DNA from: the human T2T-CHM13v2.0 reference genome, Homo sapiens
Length of the DNA stretch: 64,000 nucleotides
Reading direction: 5' to 3' (one strand)
Assembly: GCF_009914755.1 (NCBI RefSeq)
Contig: NC_060929.1
Position 1 is the first letter of the stretch. Every line of letters begins with the position of its first letter. The notes below the pieces were generated by a model, which was given only the letters and a program-made list of their open reading frames with translations, made no database searches and was not told the DNA's origin. Below, piece by piece: positions 16,321-30,734 of this stretch. Made by a program: the position numbers and the translations under genes.

Positions 16321-16537
16321 CAATTGTCTTTTAATTTTCCTGTTTTTATTCATTTAAAATTTTTATACGCCTCTGAATTTTTATTATTTAGTGGAAAAAT
16401 AGTTATTCTTTTTAAAATGATACTGATAAATGATTTTCCCATTTTTATAATCATATTTTAGTATCATTTACATAATACAGAATTTAACTGACGTCATTTT
16501 TAAGGTTATTAAATACTAACATTAATCTAGACATTGA

Positions 16538-16795
<258 letters not shown>

Positions 16796-19345
16796 TGACA
16801 AGGATAACTTTAAGAGAACTGTAGATGATGTTAGGAAAGCTGCCTTTTAAAAATCCATACGATGTATAATCCTGACCCAGTATGTCCTGTTTTTATGCAT
16901 CCTAAGGTTTGGTACAAATATACAAAAATACTACAAAAGCAATTCTGGAAAATGCATATAAAACATATGATGTAATTTATTGATTAAAATATATCCTAAG
17001 CTTTTGAGATGGTGACAGAAATGTTTAATCATCTGTTTGTATCAAAATTGAAGTTCCTTAATATATGTGGTTCTAGAATATAAATATTTCCTTTTAAATT
17101 TGAAAAATAATCGACATGGATATTGAAAGACAGAAAAAATGATACATATACTTAAAAAATAGGGATAGGAGTCACTTTGTACAATATAGAATGTCTATGC
17201 AATTAATAAACGTATACAGAGATACAATATATGAGAGAGACAATAGAGAATATGCTAGAAAGAAAAAATCATAATGAGAAAGCAAAATCATTGTAAAAAA
17301 TCTGAAGGAATATAGAGAGATAAGTTCATATCATGGAAATATTTAGAGAAGATTCTTAGCTTTATAAGTATCTTCTCTAATGTATACATGGAGCTATATT
17401 GATAAGATACCAAAATAAACAATTAGATACCCAATATATTCTTTCATAATCATTTGGTTGATGTAAGCTAAATACATCTTATCGTCTAGTTATCAGTAGA
17501 GATTAAAATGGAATAAACAAACTATATGCACTGCCTATCTTTAAGTAGGGAGAATCAACAAACATAACCATTGAAAAATTGCACAAAGAATCACGAAGAG
17601 GAACATTTAAGAGGTTAAAGTTTAGTATAGAACATGGCAAAATAACCACTGGGTCACATCTGTGGATTTGAACAAGAGCTGGTATACAATCCAATCTAAA
17701 AGCCTTCGAGAAGATAGATTTTGTACTCTCAACTTAGAGGAAGTAACATTACCTGGATTGTTAAAATTCTCACGTACCATGAGCACACCCTAATAACATC
17801 CACATTATAACCTAGGGAAAGTGGCTTTTCACAAATCCTATCATTTACAAAATTTGACTACATTAAGCCTGCTACACAGGCCATTGCAAAAAAAGATCAT
17901 CTGCTCATGTGATTTGTTTCACAAAGATTTGCATTTAGCATATGTGACCAATAAAAGATACCACATTCCTCCCAAAGTTAAAATTTGAAGCAAAGAAAAA
18001 TACTTAATTCTATTGTCATGAGTTGTGTCAGTCATTTAGTTTTTTCACTTCTTAATTCTGGTTTCTAAGCAGATATTTAGCTAAAATATTTCAGTAATGT
18101 AGGGTTATTGTTGAGAAATTTATAAAGCTAATGTCAAAATAAAATATAAATATTTGTGTATTGATATAAATCTATCTCCGAGTTTTTAAAGGAAATTGAA
18201 TCATGGGATCAAATTATTTCTCTAGAAGGGACAAACCTACTATGACTGAGCTAATTTGTTTTCCCTTTGATTATTCCAGCCATATTTTTCTCTTACTGAC
18301 AGGCTGTATCACATTGTTTATACTGTGGATATAGGTTAATAACTATAATATAATGTTTGTGCAATCTCATTATGAATAAATTTTATCCTCTGAAAGTGTA
18401 ATTAATTGATCAGGAAAAAACCCACAATATAATATTTATAAACTGATATATGTCAAATTTGCTATTTATTGATATAAGAAACCCTCTAAAACCACCAAAA
18501 CAATTGAAACTATACTAACAAATTATTACCAAATAGTTTGAAATGGCAAGAACGCTTCTATTGAAGAGCAGGTTTTCTGCTTACGTTATCCTGAGTCCAC
18601 ATATTCTCTCATGACACTATTACTTTGCATACATTGTTTTCTTCTACCTCTCCTTTCCATATCTATTTGGTAAATCTTAAACATGATTTAAGACATCTGT
18701 CTAAAATATCTTTACTTGCAGCCTCACTCTATTCTAACTTTCTGCAGTTTTTCTCTTCTTATATTGTGCAATCACTTCACTTTATGTATTCACCTCCAGT
18801 TTTATTGCATTCTATTTTAATTTCTTCCCCACATGTCAACAATTAGCACTCTTTACAAGCTTTGTACCCATTTTAAAAATCTCCTCTATATAGGGTAGAC
18901 AGTAGTAAATTACATTAAAAATATCTAATAAATGAATACATTAATCAGTAGACACACTATTTAAGAAGCTAACCAGTGAAAAGTGGATCAAAATTTAAAA
19001 TGAGTCTTTTGATTTTAAGGATGACACCACAGGCAAGAATTTTCCACTGATATTGGTACAGGTAAGAATACTTATGCCAATCTCTTTCTATCTCTATTTC
19101 TTGCTCCTTCTCTCTCTTCTCTATCCCTCCCCACTCAGAAATATGTTCTGAATGTTCTGAACATGACCGTTTGCTTTTAGTTTGATGCTATTAGGTTTTG
19201 AGAATGCCATATCACACCTTGCTCTTAAATGGCACCTTTCTTGCTAAAGTCATTTTCTAATGGCTTACAGCTACATGGTTATGTGGCATATTTATTCTAT
19301 TTATTTGTCCACCACACTTTACTTTATAAAAATGTTTCATTTCCT

Positions 19346-19447
19346 TGGCGTAAACCCAGGAGGCAGAGCTTGCAGTGAGCAGAGATCGTGCCACTGCACT
19401 CCAGCCTGGGTGACAGTGTGAGACTCCATCTCAAAAAAAAAAGAAAA
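19346..19447 (+). mobile_element. Short 5'-truncated AluY
   Basis: tggcgtaaacccaggaggcagagcttgcagtgag...poly(A); degenerate TSD aaaaat..atttcct. Confidence 0.9.
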
Positions 19448-19569
19448 ATTCATTTATTTCCTCCTTCTGCCACTCATTCTGCCATTCATAAATTCCTTGG
19501 ATAATGCATAGATTTCTGCAACATTTGTCACTTGGTTGTGTTAATTTTGAAGGATAACTCACAAATAAT

Positions 19570-20070
19570 AATAATAGGGTTCACCAGAGAAATGGAACCA
19601 ATAGGAGAGAGAGAGTGGAAGAGATTTATTATGATGAATTGTCTCACATGATAATGGAGGCTGAGAAGCCCCATGATCTGCCATCTGTAAGCTGGAGGCC
19701 CAGGACAACCAGTGTTTTAGTTCTAATGCAAACCCCAAAGCCATGACCAGGGTAGCCAATGGTGTTAATCCACATATTAGTATGAATGCCAGAGTACCAG
19801 GAGTGCTGATGTCTAAGGGCAGAACAAGATGAATGTCCTAGCCCAAGCACAGAGAGAGCCAATTTACCACCATTTTGTTCTATTTAGTCCTTCAATGGAC
19901 TGAATGATGCTCACCCTCATCAGTGAGGGCTATCATTTTTATGCAATCTACCAATTCAGATGTTAATCTCTTCTAGAAACACCCTCACAAAAATACTCAG
20001 AAATAATGTTTCACCAGCTATCTTGGCATCCCTTAGCCCAATCAAGTTAGCACATAAATTTATCCATTGC
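19570..20070 (-). mobile_element. MLT2 (ERVL) solo LTR
   Basis: agggttcaccagagaa...gaaccaatagga, ggaggctgagaagccccatgatctgcc, cttagcccaatcaagtt. Confidence 0.9.
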
Positions 20071-21669
20071 AAGTAGTAATAAAACTTTAATGAAGTGAAT
20101 GGTAAGCCTGCATTAGATTCTGATCTCAAGAATGTGTAAATATTAAATTCCATAAAGTTTCTGTTTGGTTAGGAAATTTATACCGCACTGGTATCTCATG
20201 CTGACTGCCTGCCTCCTTGAGCATAACTACTGAAAACAAATAAAAGGCTGCCAAAAGAGAAGCATTGGCACAGAACGTTGGTTTTCTAGGACACCCCAAG
20301 ACGCATGTGCTTTCTCTCATCTTTGAACCCCCCGCAGCATTATTTGTTTCTTTCTTATAATGCATAACTTTCTTCATTTTATTAGTTACTTACAACTTGT
20401 CTTACCTCCTTTAGTAAACTTTAAGGTTCTTGAAGGAAGAATAAATAGTATATTTGTTTATCTCACATTTTTGAGTTGCTTCCATATCATGAGGGAGAGA
20501 GTAGTCCATTTTATTCTGAGAGGGAAGGGATCTGTTTGTGAATCTTTATACAATTATATCTGATTTGAAGGAAAGGTAATGGCAGAATGGAGTTGCGTTA
20601 GCATTGAAGATGCTTAAAATCAAGTGTATAAAGGTGCAAAGTTTTACGTTGTCTATTGAGTTTTAAACAGCAAGCATATGTAAATTGGGGACAATATCTA
20701 GCCTAACATTTCTCAACTGTGGTTTTACAATCACCTCAGCAAATTCTTCTAAGATATGTGAATTTGCATTTTCAACAAGCTCTCATAGGCGATATTCATG
20801 CACACTAAATGTTGATAATCAGAAGTCTGGCCTCTGGAGAGAATGGGCACTTAAGAGTAATATATGTGCTCAGAGATCAGCCACACAGACTGAAAAAGTA
20901 CTCTCCTTTCTCAGTGCTGACCTGAAACATGATCATAAACAACTACCACTACCCTACCAAGTCCGGTGAGTTTACCCAAGATTGTTCACATTGATGCCCT
21001 TGGCTATTCCTAGACACAATGTATATTGGACTTATGACAATAAGACTAATTTTACACCTTCCTTTGAAAGCAGAGGAGTGTTCTTAAATACTTCACACCT
21101 CAGCTCAGAGACCATGTAGGAGTTAGCCCACAGCTAGGTCTTCCTTAAGTCCAAATGAAAGAAGGTAGGGAGGGCAAGGACTTATCACAAGGAACTTGGT
21201 GACCAAATTCTTCAACTCTCATTTGAAGTTATAAAATAATGTAAATTTATTAGCTGACTTCACCAAGTGGTTCAGGAACTGAAATAAGCATAAAACTGGA
21301 CCACACTTTCTCTCTCTACATTTCTTTATCCAAAAGATTAAAACACATGTACAGAGGACAACGCATTTATGGAGTGATTTTATAGTTCTCATTTTATTGC
21401 TTGCCCCTCCACACAACACTGTAAATTACCAAAGTAAATGAAATGAGCTTTTATTTAGTCATATGTAGTAAGGGGGAGATTCTATAATAGTGACAAATAA
21501 AATTACTGACAAAATATAAAAAATATAATCCTCTATATTTTGACAGTCTCATTTACAAAGCAAGAAGGTAATACAGGTAATAGGAGTATTTCTATTATAA
21601 GTAATAGAAAATTATACTTATTCAGACTATTTAAAATAAAGGGAATTTCTATGTCATTTCTTCGTGCAA

Positions 21670-22125
21670 TTGATGTTCTAGTTGCAAGATAGGCTTGATT
21701 ATGGGTTCTAGAAATATAACCAGTACTCAATTTACTCTCAGTCCTTTTTTCTTACCCTTGCCTCTGTTCCCTGTTAGGCTCTCCTTTTGTATTCAAAACA
21801 TGGCTGCTAGCTGATCTACTAAGTGCTTCCGTGTTCATATTCACCAAGATGGAGTCGGCTTCCCCCACACCAAATAAAAGCCATGTAATCGAGATTCTTG
21901 GGCTTTTATTCCACTGAGTTTTTCATATGTACTTTCCTGGAAAATTATCTTGGCCAGGAAGATATGTTGTGTCAATTGGCTTTAACCAATCCTGGTGTAC
22001 CCCCTGGAAACACAGATGGAATAACCCATCCCACACACACATTATAGGTGGGAAATTGTAGGTACTGCTAAGAAAAGGTAGAAAAGGTATAAATGATTCA
22101 TAGGCAACTAACAAAAGTTGACTAT
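21670..22125 (-). mobile_element. Old MaLR LTR fragment (MLT1J/K-like)
   Basis: aacatggctgctagc, attggctttaaccaatc, terminal ggcaactaacaaaa; highly diverged. Confidence 0.4.
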
Positions 22126-22384
22126 ATTAATACCTGCAAATAAATGTATTTTTAAATCATTACTTTTTAAGTTTCTCGAGTCCAAACTTCCTTTCTCTCC
22201 CCAAAATTGAGCCATAGAAAATGGTCTCTTATTTACTTCAATTTTCTTTCATGGTTAGAGATTATATTTTCATTATTTAATGAGCCAGATTAGCAGTACC
22301 ACTCATCCATAGTTCATAGCTAGCTAGCTTATATTTTTTTAAATTAATTTCAATGACAGAAAACCAATGAAAGTTTTAAGAAAG

Positions 22385-22735
22385 TGTTTTTATTTATTTA
22401 AGTATTTAACATAACTTATAGTCTGAATATAGGAAGTGAAGAGGTTGGTCAGTTTTTCATGGAATCAGAGCTAGGATATCCGTGATACCCTGTTCTTTTC
22501 TCTGTCCGTCATCAGTAGGTACTATAGCTCCAGCCACTTTGCCAGTGTTCAGACCAGGAAGAGGAGAAAGGTAGAATGGGGTGTGGCACCAGAGTGTCTT
22601 ACATCTCATTAGCCACCCTATATTCAAAGAAGCCAGAAAAAAATTAAGACTTGTTTTTCTGCTAGAGGAAAACCAGGCAAAGGAGAAACAATAAAGAATA
22701 GGTGATAAGCCAACCCATGATACCTGCCCCAGATA
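22385..22735 (-). mobile_element. Old LTR fragment (LTR33/MLT1-like)
   Basis: agctccagcc...ccaggaagaggagaaagg motif; diverged. Confidence 0.35.
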
Positions 22736-23008
22736 ATATTCTCTGTTTTTTAATGTACACATGTATTTAGCAACAAAAGAAGAGATCAGAACAGGAGACA
22801 AAATTGAAAGTCCACACTTTATTAAGCAGAAGCCTAACATGAACAATCTAGTGAGGAAACAGATCTACCCAAGAACACTTAAGTTTCTTACTCGATGCTA
22901 GTTAAGGGTTTATTTCAAAATAAAATAAAGCTCAGTGGGAGTGCTCAGTGTTTAACAATACTGTGTGTATACACTAGTAAAGCCTTCAAAAATAAAATAT
23001 TTATTGCT

Positions 23009-24950
23009 CAGACTCTATTAAAATCTCCTAGAACTGATCAAAAAATTCAGTAAATTTCCAGGATACAAAATCAACATGCAAAAATCAGTAGTGTTTCTAT
23101 ACACTAACCAAACAACCTGAACATAAATCAAGGAAGCAATCCTATTTATAATGGCTACAGAAAAACCTAGCAATATATTTAAACAAAGAAGTAAAATATC
23201 TCTAAAAGGAAAACTATGAAACAGTGATGAAAGAAACTGAAGAGGACACAAAAAATGAAGATATCCCATGCTTATAGGTTGGAAGAAATATTATTATTGA
23301 ATATCTATTCTACCCAAAGCAAACTACAGATTCAATAAAACTCCTATGAAAATATCAGCGACATTCTTAACAGAAATAGGAAAAACAATTCTAAATTTTG
23401 TTTGGAATCACACATACCAAAAAAAAAAAAAAAATAGCTAAAGCAATCCTGAGCAAAAATACTAAAGGTGGAGGCAGCACACCATCTAATTTCAAATTCT
23501 ACTATAAAGCTATACTAAAACAGCATGGTACTGGCATAAAAACCAACACAAAGGCCAATGAAACAGAATAGAGAACCCAGAAATAAATCCACATGCTAAC
23601 TGCCAACTTTTTTTTAACATAGTTGTCAAGGACATACATTGGGGAAAAGTCTCTTCAATAAATGGTGCTGGGAAAACTGGATATTCTTATGCAGAAGAAT
23701 GAAACTAGATCCCTATCTTTTACCATATACAAAAATCAACTCAAAATGAATTAAAGACTTAAATTTAAGACCTGGAACTATAAAATCACCATAAGAAAAC
23801 ATTGGGGAAACACTACAGGACATTAGTCTGGGAAGAGATTTTTTTTGGGTAAGACCTCAAAAGCACAGGCAACAAAAGCAAAAGAGACAAATGAGATTAC
23901 ATCAAGCGAAAAAGCTTCTGCACAGCAAAGGAAACAATTAACAAAGTGAAGAGACAACACACAGAATGAGAAAAGATACTTGAAAATTATTCATCCAGCA
24001 AGGGATTAACAACCAGAATACATAAGGAACTCAGACAACTCAACAGGAAAAAATAATAATAATCTAATTTAAAAATGGGCAAAAGACCTGGATAGACATT
24101 TTGCAAAAGAAGATGTACAAATGGCCAATGAGTTTAGGAAAAACTGCTTACCATCACTAATCAAGAAAATGCAATTCAAAACCACAATGGTTTTATTATC
24201 TCACCCCAGTTAAAGTGTCTGTCATTTTAAAAAGACAAAACAACACATGGTGGTGAGCGTGAAGCCTCATACACTGTTGGTGGTAATGTAAAGTAGTACA
24301 ACCATTATGGAAAACATTATGGAGTTTCCTCAAAAACTAAGTATAAAACTGCCAGACCCACTGCTGGCTATACATCCAAAATAAAGGAAAATCAGTTTAT
24401 CTAAGAGATACCTGCACTCTTAAGTTTATTTCAGCACTATTCGCAATAGCCAAGCTATGAAATCAACCTAGGTGTCCAAAAACAGAAAAACAAAATGTGG
24501 TAAATACACATGGTGGGATACAATTCAGCCATGAAAAGAATAATACCGTGTCATTTGCAGCAACATGGGTGGAACTGGCACTCATTGTGTTAAGTGATAC
24601 AAGCCTGGCACAGGAAAACAAGTATCATATGTTCTCACTCATGTGTGAGACCTGGAGGTGGAGAGTAGAATGGTGGTTACCAGAAGCTGGGAGGGAAGCA
24701 GGGAGGATGAACAGAAGTGGGTTAATGGGTACAAACTTAGACTTAGATAGAAGGCGTAAGAAGGAAAATTATAGTAAACAATAATTTATTATATATTTCA
24801 AAGTAGCTAGAAGAAATGAAATGTTCCCGAAACAAAGATGAGGTGATAAATATCCCAATTACTGTGATGTGATCATTATACACTGTATACATGTATGAAA
24901 ATATATGCACCCCAGAAATATACTATGATGTCAATAAAAAATAAACAAAT
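23009..24950 (+). mobile_element. L1MA (MA4/5-like) ORF2 3' half plus 3' UTR
   Basis: ctagaactgat...aattcagtaaa...caggatacaaaatcaac; aaatggtgctgggaaaactgg; agagtagaatggtggttaccaga. Confidence 0.93.
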
Positions 24951-25001
24951 CAATTGGCCATATTGTTTTAGAGTACAAATAAAGCAAAACAAAAACCATT
25001 A

Positions 25002-25693
25002 TCATTAAAAAGTCAGGAAACAACAGGTGCTGGAGAGGATGTGGAGAAATAGGAACACTTTTACACTGTTGGTGGGACTGTAAACTAGTTCAACCATTGT
25101 GGAAGTCAGTGTGGCGATTCTTCAGGGATCTGGAACTAGAAATACCATTTGACCCAGCCATCCCATTACTGGGTATATAACCAAAGGATTATAAATCATG
25201 CTGCTGTAAAGACACATGCACACGTATGTTTATAGTGGCACTATTCACAATAGCAAAGACTTGGAACCAACCTAAATGTCCAACAACGATAGACTGGATT
25301 AAGAAAATGTGGCACATATACACCATGGAATACTATGCAGCCATAAAAAATGATGAGTTCATGTCCTTTGTAGGGACATGTGTGAAACTGGAAACCATCA
25401 TTCTCAGCAAACTATCACAAGGACAAAAAAACAAACACCTCATGTTCTCACTCATAGGTGGGAATTGAACAATGAGAACACATGGACACAGGAAGGGGAA
25501 CATCACACACCGGGGACTGTTGTGGGGTAGGGGGAGGGGGGAGGGATAGCATCAGGAGATATACCTAATGCTAAATGACGAGTTAATGGGTGCAGCACAC
25601 CAGCATGGCACATGTATACATATGTAACAAACCTGCACGTTGTGCACATGTACCCTAAAACTTAAAGTATAACAATAATAAAATTAAAAAAAA
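25002..25693 (+). mobile_element. 5'-truncated young L1PA (PA3/4-like)
   Basis: atcattaaaaagtcaggaaacaacaggtgctggagagg...gtaccctaaaacttaaagtataa; ORF 25226-25468 is the ORF2 C-terminus ending SLIGGN. Confidence 0.97.
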
Positions 25694-25694
25694 G

Positions 25695-25737
<43 letters not shown>

Positions 25738-25768
25738 ATCTATCTATCTGTCTATGTATCATCTATCT
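25695..25768 (+). repeat. (TATC)n tetranucleotide STR
   Basis: 10 perfect units at 25695-25734 followed by variant units. Confidence 0.97.
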
Positions 25769-26457
25769 CCCAATTACAAGTATAAATGGCCACATGATGT
25801 GGGAAACTTGGTTACCTGTCAGACTATTGTGGTCATCTTATAGCCTGATAAGTGCTTTTAAAAAGCACTGAACTATACATGAACAACAAAGACTGAATAG
25901 CTTAAGAGCAATGAAAACATAAAATTTGGCATAAACATCTCTCTTGCATGTAAAAGAGTCTGAGCAAGAGGTTCTGTCTCCTCTTTGAGATTCACTCCCA
26001 TGGATATGACAAGCCTGATGAAAGGATAGTGTTTAGTAGATGGTAACATTTTACCAGAATTTAATGTAAATTTTTTTGTGTGTACCTTTACTATAAAACT
26101 ATATCTGAAGATACATTCTACTATATTATTCAATGTCCTTTATACAAAGATAAAGCCTCCCTCCAAGTTTAAAGTTAGGGGAAAATTCTTTTACAAAATA
26201 ACCGATATGCTTTTAAATTAGAAAACCAGGTCTATAATCCTTCCTATAGGCAGTGTGTATAGATATAGGGAAAAAAAAGCAGAAAAATAAATCTGTTCCA
26301 ATCGCACGCTCATCTTCAGGTCAAAGAATCACTGCAACAAAATGCTGCCCAACTCACTTGGATTTTCATTATAATTCTATGATGCAGGACATTAAAGCTG
26401 GACCCAAACACTGTCCCTAAAGTGGCAATCACTTCCCTGTATAACATGCCAAATTCT

Positions 26458-26765
<308 letters not shown>

Positions 26766-27358
26766 TTAATCTGTAATTGACAACCCACTGTGCCAACAGT
26801 GAGTGGCAGGTTCATTGTGGGCACCCCCTGGGATACCAAAATGACCTCCTAACTAGTTATTTCACTTACGTCTACTCAATTTATTTTAAAAAACATTTCA
26901 ATTAAAGTCTGAGAGTTTGAAAGAAATATGAAAACGAAAGCATCATAAACCAAATAGATCAGACAAATCCAGAGTTCCTCTCCTTTCTATCTACATTTCT
27001 GTATCTCTAATCTATAATTAAAGAAGGGGATATGGGTTTGTTGTTTTGTGGATATTTAGAGCACTTGTTGAGCTTTAGACACAGAGACATATAAATCCTT
27101 CAGCCTCTAGAATCAATATCTAGTCCATGAGTCAGCTTTGACCCAGGCAGCTTTGATACACCAGTTAATTGTTAATGTCCTCAACACATGTAATATGATT
27201 AACAACTAATTTCTATATAATGTCTGTCTTGATCATTTATTAAGACCACAGTACTGACTTGCCCTCTGGGTTTCTATGAGATTGAATTAGAGACATGTCT
27301 TGACCTCGTGGCCACTTAACCAGAGCTCTGACCTAGTCTAAGTTTACTAATCTCTTCC

Positions 27359-27551
27359 TGTGGCAGGGACACTAAGACCTCCCTAGGTTCAATGATTCCC
27401 TACAAGGACTCGCAGGACTCACAATCATCATACAGTTATACTACCAGCTATCATTTATTATGATACAAAGCAATGTCAGCATTGGATACACTGTATCCAA
27501 TGTATTATATTAAGATACAAAACAATGTCAGCAAAGGAAAAAGATGCCTGG
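27359..27551 (-). mobile_element. MER21-like LTR fragment
   Basis: aagacctccctaggttcaatgattccctacaaggactcgcaggactca...gatacaaa..caa..tcagcaaagg. Confidence 0.7.
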
Positions 27552-28175
27552 ATCATTCTGCCAATCATAGCTCATCCTCAGTGAGTGTCCAGAAAGGTGT
27601 CAGTTATTAGCCATGGTGTGCTTCCATTTTGGGCAGCATTTTACAATTATTTCATTATAGTACTCTACCACTTACTACCCAGATGGTCTGCAAGAGGAAG
27701 TCTGTTCACCATCTCTGATGTGGAAACACCGAGAATAAATTTCATCTATTTGATAAAAGCATGAAATGTAGAAGGTGGCCTCATTTGAGCCTTGGTTCAT
27801 TAGGCTTATATGTGACTCCCTCTGTTTTCTGAGTCCTGTTGACTCTTCCTCTCTCTTTTGACATAGACCTACACCTGAGTCCTCACCATATCTTGCAGTT
27901 TAATCCACTGAAAAATTTGAAACAGTAATAAAAATTGACTCAATTTCCATGTTGGATATATCATAACAAGAAAATGAGAGAGAGAATGCTATTCTGGAAA
28001 ATATCGGAGAGAAGCAAAAACTGTAAGCAAAAGATGTCAATGAAATTTTGTGGGCTTAGGTGTGTTATAAAAATATTGAAATGTATGAATGTACAAAGAA
28101 TGTTGTGGCCAAGAGTTTTGTTTAGAAACAACAAAACTTCCTTGCCTATTTATTAGTATTAAAACCATAAACAGA

Positions 28176-28318
28176 TTGCCTAACCCCTCTGTGGTCAATT
28201 TCCTCTTCTGTTAACTGAGAATAACCATTTCTTGCTTAGAGTGTGGTGTGAGGAATAAGTGGGATCATATCTGCAAAACATCAAGTCCAGTGTCTAGTGC
28301 TTAATAAAAAGCAATGTG
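28176..28318 (+). mobile_element. MIR fragment
   Basis: MIR core ctctgtggtcaatttcctcttctgttaactgagaataa...gtgaggaataagtg. Confidence 0.7.
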
Positions 28319-29664
28319 CATCCAATGTGGGCATCATCATTTAATTTTACACAGACAAGAACAAATATAGCAGAAATATGCAACACCTGAAATGAAATAA
28401 ATGTGAGCAGATAACAAGATAAGGTCAACTGTCATTTTCAAGTTTAACAACATAAAATATGAATGCATTGGTATGAAGTTTGGAATAGTGTATATTTTAT
28501 AAGATTTTTTGTATCATCATTAAGGGGAAAGGAGCTAGAAATAAAACATGTGCATATGGCTTTGTATATGAAACCAAGAGTATGGGAAAAGCTGTGTAAA
28601 GGAAAACATTGATTCTTTAATAAACAAAAGGAAGCCAAGAGAAATAAAGAAGTGCCCTAGGTTTTCAAGAGGTTGCTTTGGAATATTTAGATGTGAGATG
28701 TGCCAAAAAAGTGTCATGGATCCTGCTTTGACATTGATAAGAGGAACATGGAAAAGATAGATCCCTAGGGTATAGTCCAAAGCATTACAAATATAACATG
28801 TAATTTCAATGAAATGTCACCATTATCCACTCACTTATGCTTCAGAGGGTGGGTGTCTTTACAAAGAGAAAACAGCATGTGCTCTTTCAGAAGAGGCAAA
28901 AAACAAAAAAGGCATTTTTTAGTAATTGAAAGGAAACAAGGCTGAAATATAGAGAATGAGATTATATATGTGCAGTGTAAGCCATAATGCAGATTTTGGA
29001 TTTTACTTCAAGTGGAATACGACATCCTAATAGTCTCCAAAATACTTCAGTATATGTTGATGGTGATTAATAAGACAGAGGTATTAGTGATTAATAGCTG
29101 CAAACAGCTGGTGTTTAATGGACTTTAGATTCTTAATAACTTTTTGCAATTAGTTTCAGATTGATATAACTTTTAACTTATGAATATGCAGGATTTTGTT
29201 ATTTGGTTGAAAAGTAAATGATCCACTTCCATCTGTATTATACTCTTGGAGCGAAAGGAGTTATAGAAGAGGATATCTGTGGTAGACCAAGTAGATTAGG
29301 CACTCTCTGAAGTCCCTTAAAACAAATCACCCCTTGGTATTTTAGTAATTAGTTTTATTTATATTTACCAGTTTGATTTTATTTATTATATTAACTTATT
29401 TCAAAGTTAAATTAAATTTCTCTGCTAAATTACACTATAAGAATTAGGTCCCTTGATGATTTACAACTCCTAGCACAATAACAAAGGTTGGCTAGGATGT
29501 CAAGTAAAGAGGACAATCACATAGTGCTGTAGGAAGTGTGCATTTGTACATCCATTTGAAAAACAATTTAGCAGTGTTATAACACTATGAAAGTACCACA
29601 GAGATAATAAACACAAAATTCAGGTTATTAGTTACCTCCCAGGTGATGATCCATTACCCTAATG

Positions 29665-29995
29665 CAGGGGTCCCCATCCCCAGGTTACAGGCCAGTAGCA
29701 TTCCACAGCCTGTTAGGATGTGAGTGGCACAGCAGGAGGTGAGCAGAGGGCCAAGAAGCATAACTGCCAGAGCTCCACCTCCTGTCCAATCAGCTGTAGC
29801 ATTAGATTCTCACAGGAGAGCCAACCCTATTGTGAACTGCACATGCAAGGGATCTTGATTGCATGCTACCGATGAGAATCTAATGACTGATGATCTGAGG
29901 TGGAACAGTTTCATCCTGAAACCTTCCTGCCCCACACCCCATCAGTGGAAAATTGTCTTCTTGAAACCAGTCCCTGGTGCCAAAAAGGACCACTG
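29665..29995 (+). mobile_element. MER1B (hAT-Charlie MITE) within an old L1ME fragment
   Basis: caggggtcccc...gaccactg termini, gcattagattctca, 8-bp TSD ccctaatg / ccctatag. Confidence 0.92.
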
Positions 29996-30127
29996 CCCTA
30001 TAGGCTTCAGAAGCAAGGTTCATTTCTTAAATTGATTGATTGCCCGGGAGTTTGCTTTATTATTACTCTTTACATCCTGTGTGCGTGTCTGTGTTTTTCA
30101 TTTAATAAAAACCAAAAAATACTTTTC

Positions 30128-30495
<368 letters not shown>

Positions 30496-30734
30496 TTATA
30501 TGTATGTTATTAAAAGGAAGTGTTTTTTTGTGATTTCTGGCCAATTTTTAAATTTTACAGAAAAAAAGGAACAGCCAAAACATTGTTATAAAGGTAAATC
30601 TATCTTCTATATAAACATAAGAAAATGTTATTATTTAAATAAGAGAAAACATATTATTGATATGTTACAGTGTCTCAAAAGTACACTATTTAAATAAAAG
30701 AAACACATCACTGGTGTGTTGCAATTTCCCAAAA

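Noticed and set aside
25851-25869. Short palindromes (agtgctttt-a-aaaagcact; also 61784-61805)
   Set aside because: 9-10-bp AT-rich stems, plausible by chance
27245-27350. Possible tRNA-derived SINE (MamSINE1-like) on the minus strand
   Set aside because: Similarity too weak to call by eye; no tRNA cloverleaf
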